From Schizochytrium sp. TIO01 (taxonomy: Eukaryota; Protista; Bigyra: Labyrinthulomycetes), in contig SMSO01000034.1 of the NCBI GenBank assembly GCA_004764695.1, positions 2,170,001 to 2,234,000 on the forward strand: a stretch of DNA of 64,000 nucleotides, in the 5' to 3' direction. The position numbers were made by a program, and so were the translations under genes. Positions 35,624 through 47,166 of this stretch are shown piece after piece (position 1 is the stretch's first letter; every line of letters starts with the position of its first letter). Below the pieces are notes generated by a model. That model made no database searches and was not told the DNA's origin. It was given only the letters and a program-made list of their open reading frames with translations.

Positions 35624-36580
35624 ATGATGAAAAATCTTGGCGCTTACATTTTCTACTTCTCTTTGTCCCTTTTAAGCTATGCAAGCTGTGTTTGTGCTGC
35701 GGCCAGCGAGCTCTACGCGGCCAGGCAACTTCTACGAGATGCACTTTTAAGCGAAGAGGAACCAGATGCAGAAGCGCTTCGTTCAAAAATAGTAGGTGTT
35801 AAAAATACTTACACACTCCCCAGTACCACTGCTACGATCGATTTTGAGGCTATTGTAAAGAGTATCACCTCCAACTCAAGTTATGTTAAACCTTGCCTGT
35901 CAGGTGCAGGGCTTTGGGACATGTTTGCTTGCGAACTTGAGGCAAACAAGGAGTTTCTGCAGAATCTTGCAGCTGAGCGAAATGGCACTTGGAGTGACAC
36001 TGATGTGATTACATATTTAGGTGTGAGAACAGAACTTTATACAATCTTGTATCTGCTATACACTGGCTTCAGATATGGGAACTCTCTTTCTCTACTTACA
36101 GAGGATGTCTGTACATATTACTTCGTTGACGTAGACCCAGGTTTGCATTGCGGTCTTCAATTCGATGCAGTCAACATTGAGCTGCTAAGTGATTTTAATC
36201 AAGAGAATGGTGGACCTCAAAGGGAAGATTTCGATAACGATGAAGATTATCAATTGTGTTATGAGTTGTTGTATGAGGTGGTAAAGGGGAGCTCAACGGC
36301 AAATGCTACCCATGAAGAATCTGAATACTCGTCAGAGTTGAGCACCGAGGACTGTATGGGCATCTTCATAGACTATCGTTACAAGGTATCAAGTGGAAGT
36401 AGCTTCAACGAGACTGCTTTGTTGCAGTTTGCAAATGGATTTCATAAAGTCGCTACAAGATGTGAAAATCTTACGGCCTCGCCCTCTCCAAGTAGTCCAC
36501 CTAGCATGGCTAACTCAAAGTCAGTCTCCGTCTTGCTGACAATTTTACTTACCTTCGTCGTGCGTCCTGGGTGTTTTTGA
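35624..36580 (+). CDS. Secreted/GPI-type Cys-containing protein family, paralogue B (intact, 318 aa)
   Basis: Signal peptide; SYVKPCLSGAGLWDMFACELEAN; TYLGVR; DPGLHCGL; EYSSELSTEDC; S/P linker and hydrophobic C-terminus (VSVLLTILLTFVV) typical of a GPI signal; several N-x-S/T sequons. Confidence 0.85.
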   Translation: MMKNLGAYIFYFSLSLLSYASCVCAAASELYAARQLLRDALLSEEEPDAEALRSKIVGVKNTYTLPSTTATIDFEAIVKSITSNSSYVKPCLSGAGLWDMFACELEANKEFLQNLAAERNGTWSDTDVITYLGVRTELYTILYLLYTGFRYGNSLSLLTEDVCTYYFVDVDPGLHCGLQFDAVNIELLSDFNQENGGPQREDFDNDEDYQLCYELLYEVVKGSSTANATHEESEYSSELSTEDCMGIFIDYRYKVSSGSSFNETALLQFANGFHKVATRCENLTASPSPSSPPSMANSKSVSVLLTILLTFVVRPGCF

Positions 36581-37214
36581 TTTTGCGAAAATGAAGCGTA
36601 CAACAGTTTCATGAGAATGATTGCCTAAAGTGATCAGAACCTTTTTAGCCTCCCTAAAGATAACAACTGGATCTCACTTTTTGTTTTGTTTTTCCAATGA
36701 CAAGCAAAAGCCACATTGACTTTCTAGCAGAGAATAAGCGTTAACTGAAACAAATAAATAAATAATAAAAACGCCGTGGTGATCAACAGACGACGTAGAG
36801 GTGAGACAATTATTTATTGCATTAAAAATCCATTCCTGGATATGATGAATCATCTTCCTTCTGTAGCTTTTCCAAATTAGGTGAACTTGGTTGATAGCTT
36901 GGCTCGCCGAACTAATTTGGGCAATACTTGCATTCTGAAAGCAATGGCACATGTGAAAGGAACATAATAGTCACTTGTTGTCAAAGGCAGATCATGCGGG
37001 GTATGGGGTTGTGTGTTTTCAATTGGAGAATACTTTTTTTTCTATGAGGATAAAAACGATGGCATGCAGCAGCACCACATTAACTTTTGTTATACGAGAT
37101 TAACGTTTATTTGTAAATCAGGATAGGGAGACCTTTGTGAAGTCGAGAACATCTGGTACTCTTAGCTTTTTCAAACGTAGCCGGTACTCGGGGACATTTT
37201 GCTTGCAAGGAAAT

Positions 37215-38207
37215 CTAAAATATGCCAATATAAAGTAGGGCGACTAATAAGGTCATTGACGCTGCTAGCCCACTTGAAATGTTTAGCACGGTTGGTATCA
37301 ATGTAGGTGCCGAGGTTGGTGCACTGGGTGTAGCAGTTGGTGCTGCTGTCAAATTGCACATAGCTGCTACATTTTGAAACTGGGATGTAAAGTCCAAAAA
37401 CTTGGCCAAGTCAAGCGCACTATCTGTAGCAACCTGATACAGATACGAATCAACAGCGGTGTCAAGGCAATCCTCGGTACTGATTTCTGACGCGTACTCT
37501 GTATCTTTGGTGTCTGGGCTACTGAAAGTGGAGGCAACGGATTCCAATAGTTTGGCACACAGTTGTTCATCTGCTTCACTCTCGAAAAGATTATTTCCGT
37601 TGGAGTCTTCAGAACGTAGATCACCATAGCTGTAAATATCTACAAATGTCTCAACATTGTAGACAGAAAACATCAGAGCACATTCTAGACCTGGATCACT
37701 CTGTTGAAAATATTCATAACATACTTCATCTGACACGGAGTCCCGCGCGGTACCATATGTGTGACCCATTTTCATCGTGTAGAACATTGAGAAAAGACAA
37801 AGTCGTACGCCTAAGTATGTCACTACTTGAAGATCGCTTCAATCGCCATCTCGGTCAGCCGCCAAAGTCCCCAGCATGTCTGCGTAGGCCTCTAACTCTC
37901 AGAGAAACATATGGTACAGTCCGGCTTGCGAAAGGCAAGGCTCAATGTAGCTTTGGGAAATAACTTCTGTGAGAAGCGTATCATAATCAACTGCCTCGGT
38001 ATTTTGTCTTGACGCATTGGAACTGGCGAAGGGAAAATCACTGACTTTAAGAATGCGATCCCGGAGGAGTTTGGCGTCTGGTATCTGGTCATCTTGAACA
38101 GTTTTGCGCATATTCCAAATTAGAGACTGCCAACTAGGCGTGTCACCGCTACATACATGTACAAGCACGAAAAGAATGGAAAGGAGGAAACAACGAATTT
38201 CCATCAT
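37215..38207 (-). pseudogene. Secreted/GPI-type Cys-containing protein family, paralogue C (no frameshift; two in-frame TGA at 37899-37901 and 37839-37841)
   Basis: ORFs 37899..38207 and 37215..37823 are in the same frame. Read-through gives MFL*ELEAYADMLGTLAADRDGD*SDLQVVTYLGVRL, which aligns with FACELEAN..NGTWSD in paralogue B. Confidence 0.8.
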
Positions 38208-39387
38208 TGAAAGTTACAAACAAGAGTACGTAGGTGGCTTATTGTATGTACCTGACCAGGGCTTGCACAATCGCGATTTGCATTCCAAAATTACCTACAG
38301 CAAACTTCTTGCGGGCAAATTCTACCCAAGGTTTGTAAGGATGAACACTTGCCAGGAAAGGAAAGCATCTCTTAACAGTTACAGAGCCCTCAAGTGTCAA
38401 TATTTGGCCGACTAAGTCTACATATGGAATAGAAGGTGTTTGTCATTTTCAGACCTCCAAAAGAAACAGTCATAACTAGGCATAACTTGCATACTATTCA
38501 AGACATAGAATTGCATCACGCTTTAATATATTCTTCGTTTCCAGCTCAACTATATGTATAATTAACCAGACCATAATATATTCTAACATTCTGTAGCCAC
38601 CTGAAGTTGGATAGCAGTATTAACCAACACTTGTCATCAAGTGGTGTAACTGAAATCGTGTTTATAAACCGTGGTGTACAAGAGCTCTTACAAAGAGTTT
38701 CAAAGTGTATGTATGATGCACTAGGGTCTCGCCATCATTGTAGCTACCCAATACCTCTAGATCAGAATCCTAGATAAATGATAGTACAGCGACCGTTGCA
38801 CTCTACAAGTTAGAGGCCTGAAGAATCAGTCCACTCTGCTCTGATTGTTTCAAATATAAACGGAAAACTCTCCCGTCCTGTATTCCCCTTTCTTTTGTTT
38901 AAAAGCGCAAAAAACCAAAAACTGTAAACATTGTCACTGCAGGAAGGTTATTATTACAAAGTGTTGTTTCTACTTCGTCCAAGTCCATCACAATTAAAAA
39001 TTGGAAAATAGAGAAAAGCAGCATGGCAGTGTTTTTCTACCGAATGTACCAAAAAACAAACAGCCAACAAACTTAGTATTCCTTAGTATTTCCCCTAGTA
39101 GTAATAGAAAAAAAATGATTTTTATTTTATATTTATTACTAATTTTACAGAAAAAGTAAAATTGACCCCGGCCATGAAATGTCCAAGTCTTTGTAGCTAC
39201 CTGAAAATAGTGTAGAGATGGACTCCTTTACAACTCGAATTAGATAATCCAGAGCAGTGCGTATGGGTTCATACTTATCTGTACGAATGCTCTTGTATTA
39301 AATATTGGATTCTTTGCTACGACAATCAAGTTGCAGAACCCTACAATTACAATTAATGTAGAGAAAGCAATATTTGGTGTTTGTGTG

Positions 39388-39411
39388 CAGGATTTCAAAC
39401 TTAAGAGCGCT
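39388..39411 (+). promoter_or_regulatory. Shared upstream dyad motif, copy 1 (degenerate)
   Basis: caggatttcaaacttaagagcgct, about 290 bp upstream of ATG 39680. Confidence 0.6.
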
Positions 39412-39679
39412 CAATCATACTATCCCACCAGATCCATTCAAGCAAGCGCTAATAGGACTCTCTCGTACGGAATTGTGAGCAAGCAAAGTTGGCAGTATTC
39501 GCATCGCAGATGCTAGCAAATCTGAAACGCTGTTTATGGAAAAGTTCAAGCCACTTCAACAGGGGCGTTCATCGTTCTTTGCGAAAGTCAAGTCCCACTA
39601 ATATTAGATTTGCCAATATATCCCATCCAAAGCTTTCAAGCTTACGTTTGCAAGCTGTATATTGCATTTCCCAAGAACG

Positions 39680-40882
39680 ATGAGTAGTAATATCCCAAAG
39701 CCAGATGAGCATGAGCCAGAGTATGGGCTGGAGTTTGGGCTGAAGCTTGCGCCAGAGCTTGGACTGGGGCTTGAACCAGAGTTGGAGTCAAAGTTTTCGC
39801 TGGAGCTTGAGTCAAAGCGTAAGCATGAGTCAGACCCAGAACTTGAGCTTGAGCAGAAGACTGAGAATGGTACAACTCAGCTAAACAAAGAGCATGAGCA
39901 AGAACAGTTGCACAAGCAAGCGCAGCGGGCGTCTCTGGGGATAGTTCTCATTGACACAGTCACATCGACCTTCATGAGCGTTCTTCCAGAATGGATAACC
40001 TCGCAACAGCGCAAAAAGTTTGAGCAAGAACTGCAAGATCAAGAGATCGAGTTTAAATGTCGGCTCTTACAACAACAATACAAATATAAGCAAGAACTGC
40101 AGCAACTTGAAAAGCATTATGGTCAGCAGCTGAGTTCTAAGCAGGAGGAACAACAAAACCTAGAGAAGCAACACAACCAGCAATTGTACCAGCAAGGCAG
40201 AAAGTGGCAAGAATGGCAAATGCAACATCAAGACCATCAGGAAAAGACACAACAGGATCTGCAGGAGCAATACGAGAAGGAACTACATCGGCAAGAAGCA
40301 TTGTGGCAACAACGGCTAAGACAACAGCAACTGTTGCACAACCAGCAGCTGCGTCGTCAAGAAGAGCTATGGCGACAACAGCTACAACAAGAACAAGACC
40401 AGCTCGACGAGCTATAGAAGCAAAGTAAAGAGAGAGAGAGAGAGAGAGAGGCAGAGAGAGAACAAGTTACAGCATCAACATCGCATCAGCAAGACCTTCA
40501 ATAGCAAGAGAGATTAGGGCAAGGGCAGCTTATACAGCTGCAGGAGCTGTAGCAGCAGCTGCATGCGTGTATGTCTTCGTCTCTGCCTATGTTTACTCTT
40601 ACTTGTTCGTTTTCGTCTTCGCCTTTGTCTTCGTCTTTAGCATCGTCAGAATCTAAGCCTAAAAGCTATTTTTATCTTTGTCTACTTCTGCGCCTATGTC
40701 TCCGTCTGTGCCTTCGCTCACGTCTTCTGGTCTCGGTGATATTTTTGCTGGTAGCAGCATCAACAGTCGGAATTATTGTTGGACCATGCGTTGGAAAATA
40801 CTACATCAACCAGAACAGGAATAAACATGGGCATCTTCGTAATAGAAGTTTACTGCAACATGGCAGTATACCTATTCGTTAG
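39680..40882 (+). pseudogene. Q/E-rich coiled-coil family member 1 (decayed); retains a degenerate GPRGG module
   Basis: Acidic N-terminus, hydrophobic segment LGIVLIDTVTSTFMSVLPEW, then Q-rich coiled coil. TAG at 40415-40417 and further stops. Downstream GIIVGPCVGKYYINQNRNKHGHLR (40769-40840) aligns to TGPRGGEYYINSNGNKQYLR. Confidence 0.75.
40429..40450 (+). repeat. (AG)11 microsatellite within the decayed coiled-coil gene
   Basis: Direct reading of the sequence. Confidence 0.9.
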
Positions 40883-41749
40883 CAAGCATTGAGATATTCT
40901 AAAAGAATCAATTCTCAGACTTCGAGCAAACAAAAGATTCAGAAGTCAACTTGATGTAATACAGGTGTAGGGACAGTACTAGGTAGTCCTGCAGTCTCTC
41001 GGGACAGATGACTAAGTTGACAAACACATGGACCACTAGTCAGAGAATACTCTAGTCAATCCATTTATATTGGGGAAACTTTAGTTAAGTGGATATTTAA
41101 TACCTATAGAAGAACGAATATGGAAATAGATTGGTTTTTAGGTAGTACCTAGAGCTGTAAAAAAACAAAACAAAAAGAAAAAAACGATCGGATTGCAGAA
41201 TAAAAAAATGGAAAAAACGAATAAATTTCAGAACAATATTGCTATGATGCGCTAGGTGAGTGCTAATCACATTTATTATTTCATTTAAATAGAATAAAAA
41301 TCAAAATCGTAATAATGTGTATTCACAGTGCTCTCTCAAAGCTCCCGAAGAAAGCTTGTGCGAAGTGGTTCTTTTAGTCTGGCAGTGTGGAGTTTCCGAT
41401 AATTGTAGAACACTCGAATGATATCTAGAGGGCACGCACGTTCTTTTTCTTCCTTTTTCTTTCCACACTCAAAGTTGCCTTTTCAATTTGTAGAAAAAAA
41501 AATATTTTAAAAAATATAGGTTACGAAGAAGCAACATCCTTCAAGTTGGCATTGCGTACTCCGTCCAAGAACGTGATTTCAGGGTCTGCGCCACGTGCTG
41601 TGTTTTGTAAATTGATCTACCACTCCACTTTTCATTATTCATGGCACCCTGAGCTACGAGTAGCGATGGTCTGTAGATTATCTTCGCTACTGAATTTCAG
41701 ATCGATTGCGCTACCGTCGCGCCTAAGAGTCGCTGTAGCACTACATAGA

Positions 41750-41801
41750 CTGGATCCCAATCTTGAGAGCGCTTCCTTGGACTACGCACATCAGTTGGAC
41801 T
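41750..41801 (+). promoter_or_regulatory. Shared upstream dyad motif, copy 2, with second box TCAGTTGGAC
   Basis: ctggatcccaatcttgagagcgcttccttgga...tcagttggact, about 337 bp upstream of ATG 42087. Confidence 0.7.
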
Positions 41802-42086
41802 GCTTCAAGTTCTCAAAATCCAAGTCGGCAAGCGCGGAGTTTCAGCCGCAAGATCTTCACGACCAAGCCTCAAGATCGACAGCGCGAGCTTCGTTGATGT
41901 CCGCAGGCAGGCAGACCTGAATCAAAAGACATACAACCAAACCTCAATTCACTTCTTCTGCAAGGCGCAGTCCTTTATCCAAGAGGGCCAGTCGATCGCA
42001 GAGTTTGGTCTTACTTGCACCCCGTGCAAAATTCTCGCAAGAACTGCAGTAGAGCTCTGCAATCGTCATTTGTCTTGGCCTCATCG

Positions 42087-43601
42087 ATGGCAGATATTCC
42101 TCTTCGCTACCGGCGCCCTGCCCAGGCTCGCGAAGACGACCGGGGCCGTGTTCACGGCAATGCGCCAGCTCAAGAGTCTTGGTGGACATGGCTGGTTCGC
42201 CTTTTCCACCTCGTCGCGAGCTTCTTGGTTGAGTCCTGGCAAAGCGGGGTGAATTGGGTGTCTCGATGGCTAGAATCTCGACGGCAGGCGCAGCAGGAGT
42301 TAAGGGCGCAGCAGGAGCAGGAGCAGCAGGAGTTAAGGGCGCAGCAGGAGCAAGAGCAGCAGGAGCAAGCGCGAATGGAGCAAGAGCGGCAGGAAGAAAT
42401 CCAGGACCTGCAAAGACAAGTGGCGCGGCTGACACGGCAGCTTGAAGAGGAGAGGGAGCGGCACGCAAGAAATTTGTCAGAGCAAGAGATCCTTTCTGAG
42501 CGGCGGCTCCAAGATGGGCGGGACGAGTTAGAGGAGAACAGGCGGCAGCTTGCAAATGACAAGGATGCTTGGCACAGGGAGAAACAGAGGGACATGCAGA
42601 AATGGGCCGAGGAAAGAAACGAGTGGTTGAAAGAACTAGAGGAGTGGCGAAAAGAAAAGGAGAAGAAGCAAGAGGAGTGGGATGCAAAGCTACAGGAGTG
42701 GAACACAGAAAGAGAGAAGCTGGAGAAGCAAATTTGCAACGAGCGAGACGATTTTGAAGTGCAGCGTCAACATTATCAAATAAGAGATGCAGAATATCAA
42801 GGGCAGGTACAACAGCTTCAGAACCAATATCGGAACCTAGATCTGCGTTGGCAAGAGAAAGAAAACGAATGGAGAGCTCAGGAACAACAGCACCGGGCAG
42901 AACAGGAACAGTGGCAAAGGGAAAGGAATACATGGCAAGAGAAGGTAAACGGATTGCAAGAGCAGCTGCAAGAGCAGCAACGAACACACCGAGAAGAGAA
43001 GAATCAGTGGGAAAACTTAAAGACTGTTTTGGAAAACCAGCGGGCAGAGGAGAGGCGGCAAAAGGAAGAGTGGGAAAACAAGCATGCAGCTTTACTGAGG
43101 GTGCAGCAACAGCAGGACAGAAATTACAAGTCCAAGCAGGAGGAATGGAAGGCCAAAAAAGAAGAGCTGAAAAAGCAGTTGAAAGACCAGCAAGATCACC
43201 ATAACCAAGAAAAGCAGCAATGGCAAAGCGCCAAAGAAGCTTTACTGAAACTGCAGCAAGACCAGCAAGATCACCACAAGCGAGAACAGGAGCAATGGCA
43301 AAGCGCCAAAAAAGCTTTACTGAAACTGCAGCAAGACCAGCAAGATCACCACAAGCGAGAACAAGAGCAATGGCAAACCGACAAGCAAGCTTTAGAAAAG
43401 CAGCTGCACGACCTACAAGAATTGCACAATCATGAAAAGTCAGAATGGGAAGCTGAAAAAGAAGCCTTGAAACAGCATCACGTAAAGCAGCAAGATGAAC
43501 ACCAGCAACAACAGCAGCAATGGCAAACCGACAAACAAGCTTTAGATCTCCTTCTCTTACCGCTGCTGCCGCTTTTTGCGATGTTCGTGTTCCTTGTCTA
43601 A
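42087..43601 (+). CDS. Q/E/K/W-rich coiled-coil family member 2, 5' part (truncated by an inversion)
   Basis: First ATG at 42087 (MADIPL). Trp-rich amphipathic segment SWWTWLVRLFHLVASFLVESWQSGVNWVSRWL; 25-aa repeats. The last 18 residues (DLLLLPLLPLFAMFVFLV) are read from the inverted segment. Confidence 0.75.
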   Translation: MADIPLRYRRPAQAREDDRGRVHGNAPAQESWWTWLVRLFHLVASFLVESWQSGVNWVSRWLESRRQAQQELRAQQEQEQQELRAQQEQEQQEQARMEQERQEEIQDLQRQVARLTRQLEEERERHARNLSEQEILSERRLQDGRDELEENRRQLANDKDAWHREKQRDMQKWAEERNEWLKELEEWRKEKEKKQEEWDAKLQEWNTEREKLEKQICNERDDFEVQRQHYQIRDAEYQGQVQQLQNQYRNLDLRWQEKENEWRAQEQQHRAEQEQWQRERNTWQEKVNGLQEQLQEQQRTHREEKNQWENLKTVLENQRAEERRQKEEWENKHAALLRVQQQQDRNYKSKQEEWKAKKEELKKQLKDQQDHHNQEKQQWQSAKEALLKLQQDQQDHHKREQEQWQSAKKALLKLQQDQQDHHKREQEQWQTDKQALEKQLHDLQELHNHEKSEWEAEKEALKQHHVKQQDEHQQQQQQWQTDKQALDLLLLPLLPLFAMFVFLV

Positions 43602-43834
43602 GTCATCCTCCTTATCTTGCAACTCCTGCAACTCCTGCAGCTTCTGCTGGTGCTGTTGTTGCTGTTGTTGCTGCTGTTTATGCAATTCTTCTTCTCTAAT
43701 TTGCCATTTGGAATTTTCACGATTGTGCTGTTCTTGCTGTTCTTGCTGCTGCTGTTGCAAACCTGCTTTTTCGGTTTGCCATTCGGACTTTTCACGATTG
43801 TGCAATTCTTGTAGGTCGTGCAGCTGCTTTTCTA
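43546..43834 (-). repeat. Inverted, slightly diverged copy of the 3' coding part of member 2 (compare about 45149-45430)
   Basis: The reverse complement encodes LEKQLHDLQELHNREKSEW...LQELQDKEDDLDKEHEHRKKRQQR*EKE, matching the forward copy in 43839..45854. Breakpoints carry TAGA/TCTA microhomology. Confidence 0.9.
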
Positions 43835-45854
43835 GTGGTTGAAAGAACTAGAGGAGTGGCGAAAAGAAAAGGAGAAGAAGCAAGAGGAGTGGGATGCAAA
43901 GCTACAGGAGTGGAACACAGAAAGAGAGAAGCTGGAGAAGCAAATTTGCAACGAGCGAAACGAGTTTGAAGTGCAGCGTCAACATTATCAAATAAGAGAT
44001 GCAGAATATCAAGGGCAGGTACAACAGCTTCAGAACCAATATCGGAACCTAGATCTGCGTTGGCAAGAGAAAGAAAACGAATGGAGAGCTCAGGAACAAC
44101 AGCACCGGGCAGAACAGGAACAGTGGCAAAGGGAAAGGAATGCATGGCAAGAGAAGGTAAACGGATTGCAAGAGCAGCTGCAAGAGCAGCAACGAACACA
44201 CCGAGAAGAGAAGGATCAGTGGGAAAACTTAAAGACTGTTTTGGAAAACCAGCGGGCAGAGGAGAGGCGGCAAAAGGAAGAGTGGGAAAACAAGCATGCA
44301 GCTTTACTGAGGGTGCAGCAACAGCAGGACAGAAATTACAAGTCCAAGCAGGAGGAATGGAAGGCCAAAAAAGAAGAGCTGAAAAAGCAGTTGAAAGACC
44401 AGCAAGATCACCATAACCAAGAAAAGCAGCAATGGCAAAGCGCCAAAGAAGCTTTACTGAAACTGCAGCAAGACCAGCAAGATCACCACAAGCGAGAACA
44501 GGAGCAATGGCAAAGCGCCAAAGAAGCTTTAGAAAAGCAGCTGCACGACCTACAAGAACAGCACGACCGAGAAAAGCAGCAATGGCAAACCGAGAAATCA
44601 AATTTACAAAAGCAGCTGCAAGACCAGAAGCAAAAATTGCAAGAACAAGATAAAGCATTTTTTGAAAAAGAGGGACAGTGGCTAGTAGATAAAGGAAAGC
44701 TACAAAGAAACGTTGCAGCTCTACAGAATCAAGTGGCAGAATGGCAGGAGAAAGAAGCGGCCTGGCAAAAGAAGCAGCGAGACCAGCAACAACAGCACCA
44801 GCAACAGCAGCAGCAATGGCAAACCGACAAACAAGCTTTAGAAAAGCAGCTGCACGACCTACAAGAATTGCACAATCATGAAAAGTCCGAATGGGAAGCT
44901 GAAAAAGAAGCCTTGAAACAGCAACACGTAAAGCAGCAAGATGAACACCAGCAACAACAGCAGCAATGGCAAACCGACAAACAAGCTTTAGAAAAGCAGC
45001 TGCACGACCTACAAGAATTGCACAATCGTGAAAAGTCAGAATGGGAAGCTGAAAAAGAAGACTTGGAACTGCAACACATAACGCAGCAAGATGAACACCA
45101 GCAACAACACCAGCAACAACACCAGCAATGGCAAACCGACAAACAAGCTTTAGAAAATCAGCTGCACGACCTACAAGAATTGCACAATCGTGAAAAGTCC
45201 AAATGGGAAGCTGAAAAAGAAGCCTTGAAACAGCAACACGTAAAGCAGCAAGATGAACACCAGCAACAACAGCAGCAATGGCAAATTAGAGAAGACGAAT
45301 TGCATAAACAGCAGCAACAACAGCGAGAACAGCACCAGCAGAAGCTGCAGGAGTTGCAAGATAAGGAGGATGACTTAGACAAGGAACACGAACATCGCAA
45401 AAAGCGGCAGCAGCGGCAAGAGAAGGAGATGGGTTGGTTGAAGAAAGACGTCGACTGGCACAAAAGAGAAGTAGATCGGGAACGCCGAAATTATAAACAG
45501 GAGCTGCAAGACAAAGAGAGAGAACTACAAGACAAAGAAGCATTATGGAAAAAGAAAGAAGCAATGCGGCAACAGGAGGAGGAACGTCAGCAGTGGGAAA
45601 AAGAGAGAGCAGAATGGAAGAAGAAAGAAGAAGACTGGAAGAAGATAGAAGAAGAGTGGAAGAAGAAAGAAGAAGACTGGAACAAGAAAGAAGCAGACCT
45701 TAGTAAACAAGATGAATCACAATACCCTGAGAACGAGTCTTTAACACAGAGTTCGGATGAGGAGCAATATCCAAATAGAAGCCCTAGCAACAGCCCTGGT
45801 GCCACTGGCGCCACTGGCGCCAGAGCTAAAAATAAAAAAGGACGACGTGGATAA
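43834..45854 (+). pseudogene. Q/E/K/W-rich coiled-coil family member 2, duplicated 3' part lacking its own start (direct repeat of 42622-~43315, offset 1212 bp)
   Basis: Sequence from 43834 (agtggttgaaagaactagagg) repeats 42622 onward almost exactly. The open frame runs to TAA at 45854 with no ATG or N-terminal helix of its own. Confidence 0.75.
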
Positions 45855-47138
45855 TACAATCAGAGTGGAAGAAATCCGGAATCTGGGAGGGCTTTCTCTG
45901 ATTCTGCGCCACCAGGAAGCCTTGCCGGAGCTGTAGACTCCGATATTGACGAGAACACAAACTAGGCATATTCTGCTACACTTGCAAACGTCGAAGGAGC
46001 TTCCGAAACTGCACCTCTATACTTCGCGCGAAATCTGTAGGGGTCAAAGTTGATCCAATGCACCCTGGTACACCAGGTGATCAGACAGAAACACCTTGGA
46101 AGTGAGAAATCAAAAGTACAGATACATAATCCCGCGCCATGTCACGTGGCTTGACAGATTTTATCGAACTTATTTGATTCAATATTTAGACTTGAGCTAT
46201 ACAGCCCGACATAGAACGAGAGATTCGAGTCATTTAAGTTATCAAACATATTTTTATAGTTAAAATTGGTCGTAAACCCTTTGCCTATGATTTTTTTCGT
46301 ATAAATCAAGATATTGGCCTCCACTAATTGGCTTCTGGTTAATGAAAACCATTATTGCCTTTAGAGCATAACAATGCTGCCGTATCTAGGCCGTGCTAAA
46401 GCGTGTAAACTGATGTCATACGGCACTTGTCCCATCGGTGCGTTATTTTTGGTCCTTTTGAAGGTAAGTTGCATGAGTTGGATAGCTGTATACTATGATG
46501 ATAGGGCGTGCAAGCCGTGTGATCGTAACGATGGCTATTCATATCTTAGACTTGAGCGAATCGGTGGCTTTGTACAAAGCAAACTAGCTGCAGGCTGGGC
46601 GTGACTTCGTTCACAAAGTCATGTGAAGGTAATGATGGGTTGTATACAGAGATTAGGAAAATGTTTGTCACGCTAAAATCGCGCTTCTCTGTAATAAAAT
46701 CATTCATCTCGTTCGTTTAGTGCGCTCTCTCTTAGGTACCTTTTCATCTATTCTGCAACATTGTTAGTAGCTTGGTTAAAGCGTTCCTTTGCTAATATCT
46801 TTTTTGGTTCATGTCAGTGAATCTTTCGAACATAAGCGTTGATTCGTCCTCAGCTGTTGCGTACCTTCGGACATAAGTCTTGCACTCACTTTTAAGCTAC
46901 TTTTAAAAAACAAAACAAAATTTAGCCTTGAGCATTGGACTAGCGTGATGTAAACAGCCTTGATTTGGACTAATCAGAGCAAAACTTAATTCTTGCAGAC
47001 GTAACACAGATTAAAAAGGAACACTTGAATGATCACCCCACTGGCAACATTATGAGTGTCATGGTTTGACTGAAGTTTTCACTTATGACAAACTCTGCTT
47101 TTATTATCACGCAGGTATTATATAGTGGATTGAACGTT

Positions 47139-47166
47139 CTGGACTTCCAACTCAGGAGCGTTTTTT
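47139..47166 (+). promoter_or_regulatory. Possible degenerate orphan copy of the shared upstream motif
   Basis: ctggacttccaactcaggagcgtttttt resembles copy 6 (tggacttcagtcctgggagcgctttc). No family gene directly follows. Confidence 0.35.
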
